DNA of 64,000 nucleotides from Hyphomicrobiales bacterium (GTDB lineage Bacteria; Pseudomonadota; Alphaproteobacteria; Rhizobiales; JACESI01): NCBI GenBank assembly GCA_039989895.1, contig JBDXGY010000006.1, positions 938,245 to 1,002,244 of the forward strand, read 5' to 3'. Shown piece by piece: positions 59,065 to 64,000 of this stretch (position 1 is its first letter; each line of letters starts with the position of its first letter). The notes under the pieces were generated by a model. It saw only the letters and a program-made list of their open reading frames with translations, ran no database searches and was not told where the DNA came from. The position numbers and the translations under genes were made by a program.

Positions 59065-60666
59065 CTAAGCGTTGACATTTTCTTTGAGTAATTTGTACCG
59101 CACAGAATCCACCAACGCTGCGAAAGAGGCATCTATAATGTTCTCAGACACCCCAACAGTGAACCATTGATTACCCTTACTGTCCCTACTTTCAATAAGA
59201 ACTCGGGTAATCGCCTCTGTGCCCCCGTTCAATATACGTACCTTGAAATCAACAAGTTCCAAATCATCGATCAGATGTTGATATTTTCCAAGATCTTTTC
59301 GAAGAGCCACATCAAGCGCATTGACTGGACCATTACCTTCAGCAACCGAATGACACTCCTTGCCGTCAACACTCACTCTAACAATGGCCTCTGAATAGGT
59401 GGTCACCTCACCCAAAGCATTAAAGCGACGTTCAACCGCTACGCGAAAACCTTCAACCTCGAAAAAACGCGCGGCCCCACCAAGACGACTACGCGCAAGA
59501 ATTTCAAGCGACGCCCCCGCCGCCTCATAAGAATAGCCGTTAGCTTCGCGCTGCTTAATTTCCTGCAACAAGCCATCAAGCCGCTTGTCACCTTTTTCCA
59601 CATCAATACCCATACGCGTCAACTCAGAAATCAGATTAGATTTACCAGCCTGATCAGACACCATAACATTGCGCTTATTGCCAACGCTTTCCGGCGGTAT
59701 GTGCTCATATGTCTCTGGCTCTTTGACAATTGCAGAGGCATGAATACCTGCTTTTGTCGCAAAGGCAGACGAGCCAACATAGGGCGCTTGCTTGCTCGAA
59801 GATTGATTTAGAATCTCATCGAAACTTCTTGATATTGCTGTTATTTTTTCTATTTGCTGAATCGATACATTAAGCTCAAAATTCGAAGAAAACTCATCTT
59901 TTAATAGCAGCGTTGGTAAGAGTGATACCAAATTTGCATTGCCGCATCGCTCGCCAATGCCGTTTAATGTGCCTTGGATATGGCGCACGCCAGCACGCAC
60001 CGCAGCCAACGTATTAGCAACTGCATTACCCGTATCATTGTGAGTATGAATACCTAAACTATCGTTAGGTATATGGGCGCTCACATCAGCCACAATTTCG
60101 GAAATCTCATGCGGCAAAGTGCCACCATTGGTGTCACATAGCACAACCCATTCGGCCCCTGCTTCATAGGCAGCACGCGCAACAGCAAGTGCATAATCAC
60201 GGTTGGCTTTATAGCCATCAAAGAAATGCTCACAATCAAGCAGCGCGCGTTTACCGGCATCTCGCGCCGTCTCAATGCTTTCTTTGAGTGCCGTTATGTT
60301 TTCTTCATTCGTGCATCCAAGCGCGACCTTCACATGATAGTCCCAAGCTTTCGCTACAAAACACACAGCATCTGCTTTTGCGGCCAAAAGTGTGGCAAGG
60401 CCAGGGTCGTTGGAAGCCGAGACGCCAACCCGCTTGGTCATACCAAAAGCAGTAAAGATCGCATCCTTGGTGCGCTTTTCTTCAAAAAAAGCTGTGTCTG
60501 TCGGATTTGCTCCCGGATATCCGCCCTCAATGAAATCAATGCCAAGCTCATCGAGCATCTCTGCGATCTGAATTTTATCAGCCAGCGAGAAGTCAACACC
60601 GGGCGTTTGCTGCCCATCGCGCAATGTGGTGTCAAAAATATAAAGTCGCTCTTTCGTCTCACTCAT
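59065..60666 (-). CDS. cimA: Citramalate synthase (LeuA/CimA family)
   Basis: 533 aa. HMGL-like N-terminus '[21 protein letters not shown]' and '[19 protein letters not shown]', plus a LeuA-dimer-type C-terminal domain. The length fits CimA. Confidence 0.8.
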   Translation of the reverse strand: MSETKERLYIFDTTLRDGQQTPGVDFSLADKIQIAEMLDELGIDFIEGGYPGANPTDTAFFEEKRTKDAIFTAFGMTKRVGVSASNDPGLATLLAAKADAVCFVAKAWDYHVKVALGCTNEENITALKESIETARDAGKRALLDCEHFFDGYKANRDYALAVARAAYEAGAEWVVLCDTNGGTLPHEISEIVADVSAHIPNDSLGIHTHNDTGNAVANTLAAVRAGVRHIQGTLNGIGERCGNANLVSLLPTLLLKDEFSSNFELNVSIQQIEKITAISRSFDEILNQSSSKQAPYVGSSAFATKAGIHASAIVKEPETYEHIPPESVGNKRNVMVSDQAGKSNLISELTRMGIDVEKGDKRLDGLLQEIKQREANGYSYEAAGASLEILARSRLGGAARFFEVEGFRVAVERRFNALGEVTTYSEAIVRVSVDGKECHSVAEGNGPVNALDVALRKDLGKYQHLIDDLELVDFKVRILNGGTEAITRVLIESRDSKGNQWFTVGVSENIIDASFAALVDSVRYKLLKENVNA

Positions 60667-62084
60667 CGCTTCACCTCCCAGCTGGTGGTGCGTTCGCCGG
60701 TCTCAGGGTCTTTGCCGTCTTTCAACTGTATGCCATCAGCCAGAAGCGCATCGCGAATTTCATCCGCACCCGCCCAGTCTTTGGCCTTCAACAAAGCAAG
60801 ACGCGCTGAAATTTGTTCCTCTATCGCTGCCTCATCCACGCCACTCATATCTGATTCCACTGACAAGCTGAGAAATGTCAGCGCATTCATCAACACCTTG
60901 CCTGACATATCAGCAAGAGAATGCAGAGCCATAGATGTATTCACATCATCAAAAAGAGCATCATAGAAGCCGCTATCTTCGCCAAAATCATCACCCTCTT
61001 TTGCGCGACGCTGCAAGCGCCGAAGCGTGTTTTCAGCCTCCTGCAAACGCTTCACACTAAAGTCAATCGGCTCCCGGTAATGGGTCATCAACATTGCAAA
61101 ACGGATCACCTCTCCCGGCCATTTGCGCCCACCTACATTTTCCGTATGCAACAGATCATAAACGGTAATGAAATTGCCAAGCGACTTTGACATCTTCTCG
61201 CCTTCAACCCGCAAAAATCCATTATGCATCCATACCTTGGCCATATGCTCAACACCAAAAGCACAGCAGGATTGAGCGATTTCATTTTCATGGTGCGGAA
61301 AAACCAGATCAATCCCACCACCATGAATATCAAAGGTCTTGCCCAAATAGCGCTCGCTCATCGCTGAACATTCAATGTGCCAACCCGGACGACCATAAAT
61401 CGCAACACTTTCGCCAGATAGATCAAAAGCGGCATCCCAGCCCGGTGTGTTCTCATCTGATGCCTTCCAAAGTACGAAGTCACCCGCGTTTTCCTTGTGA
61501 TCCTCTACGGCAATACGTGCACCTGCTTGCTGATCTTCAAGCTTGCGTTTTGACAACTCCCCATAAGCGCCCATTGAACCAACACGAAAGAGTACTTCAC
61601 GCCCCTCAGAACCTGACGCAACATAAGCATGGCCCTTGTTAATCAGCGTTTGAATGATCGAAATCATCTCAGCAATGTTTTCAGTCGCGCGGGGCTGATG
61701 TGAAGGATCAAGACACCCAAGCGCCGCCATATCGCTTTGGAACTGATTAGCTGTTTTCTCTGTCACTTCACGAATGGCATCATTCAGGCTCATTGTGCCC
61801 GCTTTTATCGCCTCACCATGCATCTCTAGCGCGCGCGCGTTTATCTTGTCGTCAACGTCCGTGATATTTCGCACATAGGTCACCTTGTCAGCACCATAAA
61901 GATCGCGCAGCAATCGAAACAGCACATCAAACACAATCACAGGTCTGGCATTACCAATATGGGCGAAATCATAAACCGTTGGGCCACACACATAGAGGCG
62001 CACATTTTCCGGATCAATCGGAGAAAATGCTGCCTTATTGCGTGTCAGCGTATTGTAAAGCTGTGGAGTTGCCTTGGCGGCCAT
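60663..62084 (-). CDS. cysS: Cysteine--tRNA ligase
   Basis: 473 aa with class-I signatures 'HIGNARP' and 'KMSKSLGN'. Confidence 0.95.
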   Translation of the reverse strand: MAAKATPQLYNTLTRNKAAFSPIDPENVRLYVCGPTVYDFAHIGNARPVIVFDVLFRLLRDLYGADKVTYVRNITDVDDKINARALEMHGEAIKAGTMSLNDAIREVTEKTANQFQSDMAALGCLDPSHQPRATENIAEMISIIQTLINKGHAYVASGSEGREVLFRVGSMGAYGELSKRKLEDQQAGARIAVEDHKENAGDFVLWKASDENTPGWDAAFDLSGESVAIYGRPGWHIECSAMSERYLGKTFDIHGGGIDLVFPHHENEIAQSCCAFGVEHMAKVWMHNGFLRVEGEKMSKSLGNFITVYDLLHTENVGGRKWPGEVIRFAMLMTHYREPIDFSVKRLQEAENTLRRLQRRAKEGDDFGEDSGFYDALFDDVNTSMALHSLADMSGKVLMNALTFLSLSVESDMSGVDEAAIEEQISARLALLKAKDWAGADEIRDALLADGIQLKDGKDPETGERTTSWEVKR

Positions 62085-62431
62085 TGATAAACCCTTCAGA
62101 TATTCGTCGTTTCTCTTTCAACCACAAGCCAAATGCCGCGTATAGACCTGACCGGTTTGTTCTTGTTTTTTTACAATGAGAAAATAGGAGAACGCACGGT
62201 CAGTTTTTACAAACTAACCGATAATAATGTCGATAACTCTCGTACATTGGATCGCGGTAACTTCTATCATAGACCAGTTGTGCTCCATCAAAATTGAAAC
62301 GTCAACTAAATCACCCCGCTTAAAGGGCCAAGTTTTATGAATATAACCTGAATGAAGATCTCACAAAACATTCAGAGCGGTTGTGATAATTCTTAATCAC
62401 AACTAAAGATAGAAAAGCTGGGGTACATCTT

Positions 62432-62590
62432 ATGGTACATTTATTTCGTTCGTTTTTTATGATTACATTTTTCATTGCCACCATAGGAATATTCATGGTT
62501 GGCCTTGTTCATGTCGTTAGTGATACAAGCCCTGATTTCGCCAAACTTCCAGAACCCACTGCATATATCGTTGATGCAAGTAGTAGCTAA
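62432..62590 (+). CDS. Possible 52-aa single-pass membrane micro-protein
   Basis: 'MVHLFRSFFMITFFIATIGIFMVGLVHVVSDTSPDFAKLPEPTAYIVDASSS'. It lies in a 660-bp intergenic region and has only a weak SD. There is no supporting evidence beyond the open frame and the TM helix. Confidence 0.25.
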   Translation: MVHLFRSFFMITFFIATIGIFMVGLVHVVSDTSPDFAKLPEPTAYIVDASSS

Positions 62591-62747
62591 GGATAACCCT
62601 TAGCCATATATTCCAAACCTTCCTGTCTTTCTTCTTGAGGCAAGCTACAGCCTCCTATATGTCTTTTAGGGCGGACCGTCTGAAAGATTCCAGTTTGATT
62701 CTAAATTCAAACTTCCAATCTGAAAGCGACAATGGGAGTAATGGGTT

Positions 62748-64000
62748 ATGTCTGAATCAAAACCAACGATGAGTGAACTCGACCAGAACGCTCTATTTTA
62801 TCACGAAAATCCTAAGCCTGGAAAGCTTGAAATACAGGCAACCAAGCCTCTCGGCAACCAGCGTGATCTCGCCCTTGCCTATTCTCCCGGTGTTGCCGCT
62901 CCTTGTCTTGAGATAAAACGCGACCCTTCCCTTTCTTTCAATTACACAGCACGCGGCAATCTAGTGGGTGTGGTTTCAAATGGCACCGCCGTTCTCGGTC
63001 TTGGGGATATCGGCGCACTGGCTTCCAAACCAGTGATGGAAGGCAAAGCAGTTCTTTTCAAAAAATTTGCCGGCATAGATGTCTTTGATATCGAAGTTGA
63101 CGAGACGGATATTGATAAATTCTCAGACGTTGTTGCTGCGCTCGAGCCGACATTTGGCGGCATTAATCTGGAAGACATCAAATCACCTGAATGTTTCATC
63201 ATTGAAGATCAATTGCGCGAGCGGATGAACATTCCTGTTTTTCATGATGATCAGCATGGCACCGCCATTATTGCGGCAGCCGCGATCACCAATGGTCTTC
63301 ATTTTGCCAACAAAGATTTTAGCAATGTTAAAGTTGTCACTTCTGGTGCAGGCGCTGCTGCCCTCGCCTGTTTGAATTTACTGGTCACAATCGGTGTGAA
63401 AGTCGAAAACATCTGGGTAACCGACCGGTACGGCGTTGCCTATAAGGGCCGCGAAGAAGAAATGAACCAATGGAAAGACGTTTATGTAAAAGATACGGAT
63501 GCGCGCACCCTAGATGATGTGATTGAAGACGCGGATGTTTTCATGGGGCTTTCTGCTGGTGGTGTTTTAAAGCCAGAGATGGTGAAAAAGATGGCTGACA
63601 AGCCGCTTATTCTAGCTCTTGCCAATCCATCTCCAGAAATCATGCCCGATGAAGCATTAGCAGCTCGCCCTGATGCAATGATTTGTACGGGACGGTCAGA
63701 CTTTCCCAATCAAGTGAACAATGTTTTGTGTTTTCCATTCATATTCCGTGGCGCGCTTGATGTTGGGGCCACCACGATCAACGAAGAAATGAAAATGGCC
63801 GCAACACGAGCCATCGCTGAATTAGCGCGTGAGGCTGTAGATGATGCAAGCGCAAAAGCAATTGGCGGTGAGTTGCCAAGTTTTGGCCCTGGCTACCTTA
63901 TTCCTTCACCCTTCGATCAACGCCTAATTTTACGCATCGCACCTGCTGTTGCAAAGGCTGCCATGGATTCAGGTGTAGCAACACGCCCAATTACAGATTT
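62748..64000 (+). CDS. maeB: NAD(P)-dependent malic enzyme, N-terminal part (runs off the window end)
   Basis: Absent from the ORF track because it is truncated. The frame is open from the ATG at 62748: '[25 protein letters not shown]...LAYSPGVA...[11 protein letters not shown]...GAGAAALAC...LANPSPEI'. These are canonical malic enzyme motifs. Confidence 0.9.
   Translation, partial: MSESKPTMSELDQNALFYHENPKPGKLEIQATKPLGNQRDLALAYSPGVAAPCLEIKRDPSLSFNYTARGNLVGVVSNGTAVLGLGDIGALASKPVMEGKAVLFKKFAGIDVFDIEVDETDIDKFSDVVAALEPTFGGINLEDIKSPECFIIEDQLRERMNIPVFHDDQHGTAIIAAAAITNGLHFANKDFSNVKVVTSGAGAAALACLNLLVTIGVKVENIWVTDRYGVAYKGREEEMNQWKDVYVKDTDARTLDDVIEDADVFMGLSAGGVLKPEMVKKMADKPLILALANPSPEIMPDEALAARPDAMICTGRSDFPNQVNNVLCFPFIFRGALDVGATTINEEMKMAATRAIAELAREAVDDASAKAIGGELPSFGPGYLIPSPFDQRLILRIAPAVAKAAMDSGVATRPITD

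Noticed and set aside
60226..60966. 246-aa plus-strand ORF spanning the cimA/cysS junction
   Set aside because: It is fully antisense to two strongly supported genes. Its composition is Ser/Arg/Cys-rich low-complexity, typical of an antisense frame, and it has no start context.
1..64000. Search for CRISPR arrays, tRNA/rRNA genes, IS elements, integrases, phage or recognised defence-system genes
   Set aside because: I saw no regularly spaced direct repeats and no cloverleaf-like GC-rich segments in the intergenic gaps. No ORF carries transposase, integrase, restriction or toxin-antitoxin motifs. The window is essentially housekeeping genes in conserved order.

Overview
This 64-kb window reads as densely packed core chromosome of an alphaproteobacterium. 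Gene content and synteny suggest the order Hyphomicrobiales/Rhizobiales; this is inference, since no database search was possible. The supporting gene orders are: aapQ-aapJ next to metC; thiL-nusB-ribH-ribE-ribD-nrdR-glyA; glyA, a small ORF, an L,D-transpeptidase and a MarR (LdtR-like) regulator; hemB; parC/recO; era-rnc-lepB-acpS-DUF2062; pyrE; rsh-rpoZ; smpB-dapA opposite slt; psd-pssA; cimA-cysS; and the start of a malic enzyme gene. I support about 60 protein-coding genes, including two that run off the window ends and three sub-60-codon ORFs absent from the ORF track. I also call several rho-independent terminator hairpins and two in-gene tandem repeats. I recognised no rRNA, tRNA, CRISPR array, transposase, integrase or phage genes, and no canonical defence system. 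The window is rich in cell-envelope and peptidoglycan genes: three YkuD L,D-transpeptidases, Slt, a LysM protein, an OmpA-family giant and two beta-barrels. The least ordinary segment is about 40.8-53 kb. It holds a co-directional envelope cluster: a Porin_2-like porin, a 989-aa inner-membrane-anchored modular OmpA-family protein with a recent 369-bp tandem module duplication, an unannotated 32-codon membrane micro-ORF, an Ala/Pro/Lys-spacer membrane protein and a TorF-like barrel. This is followed by a PadR-adaptor-RND operon with no outer-membrane factor gene, an extra two-helix insertion in the RND pump, and a tiny possible lipoprotein ORF. A second candidate is a Tat-exported dioxygenase-fold protein paired with a ferric-reductase-like bis-His membrane protein (25.9-27.1 kb), arranged like MsrPQ. 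All functional calls rest on motifs I could read by eye plus remembered family knowledge. None was verified by search.
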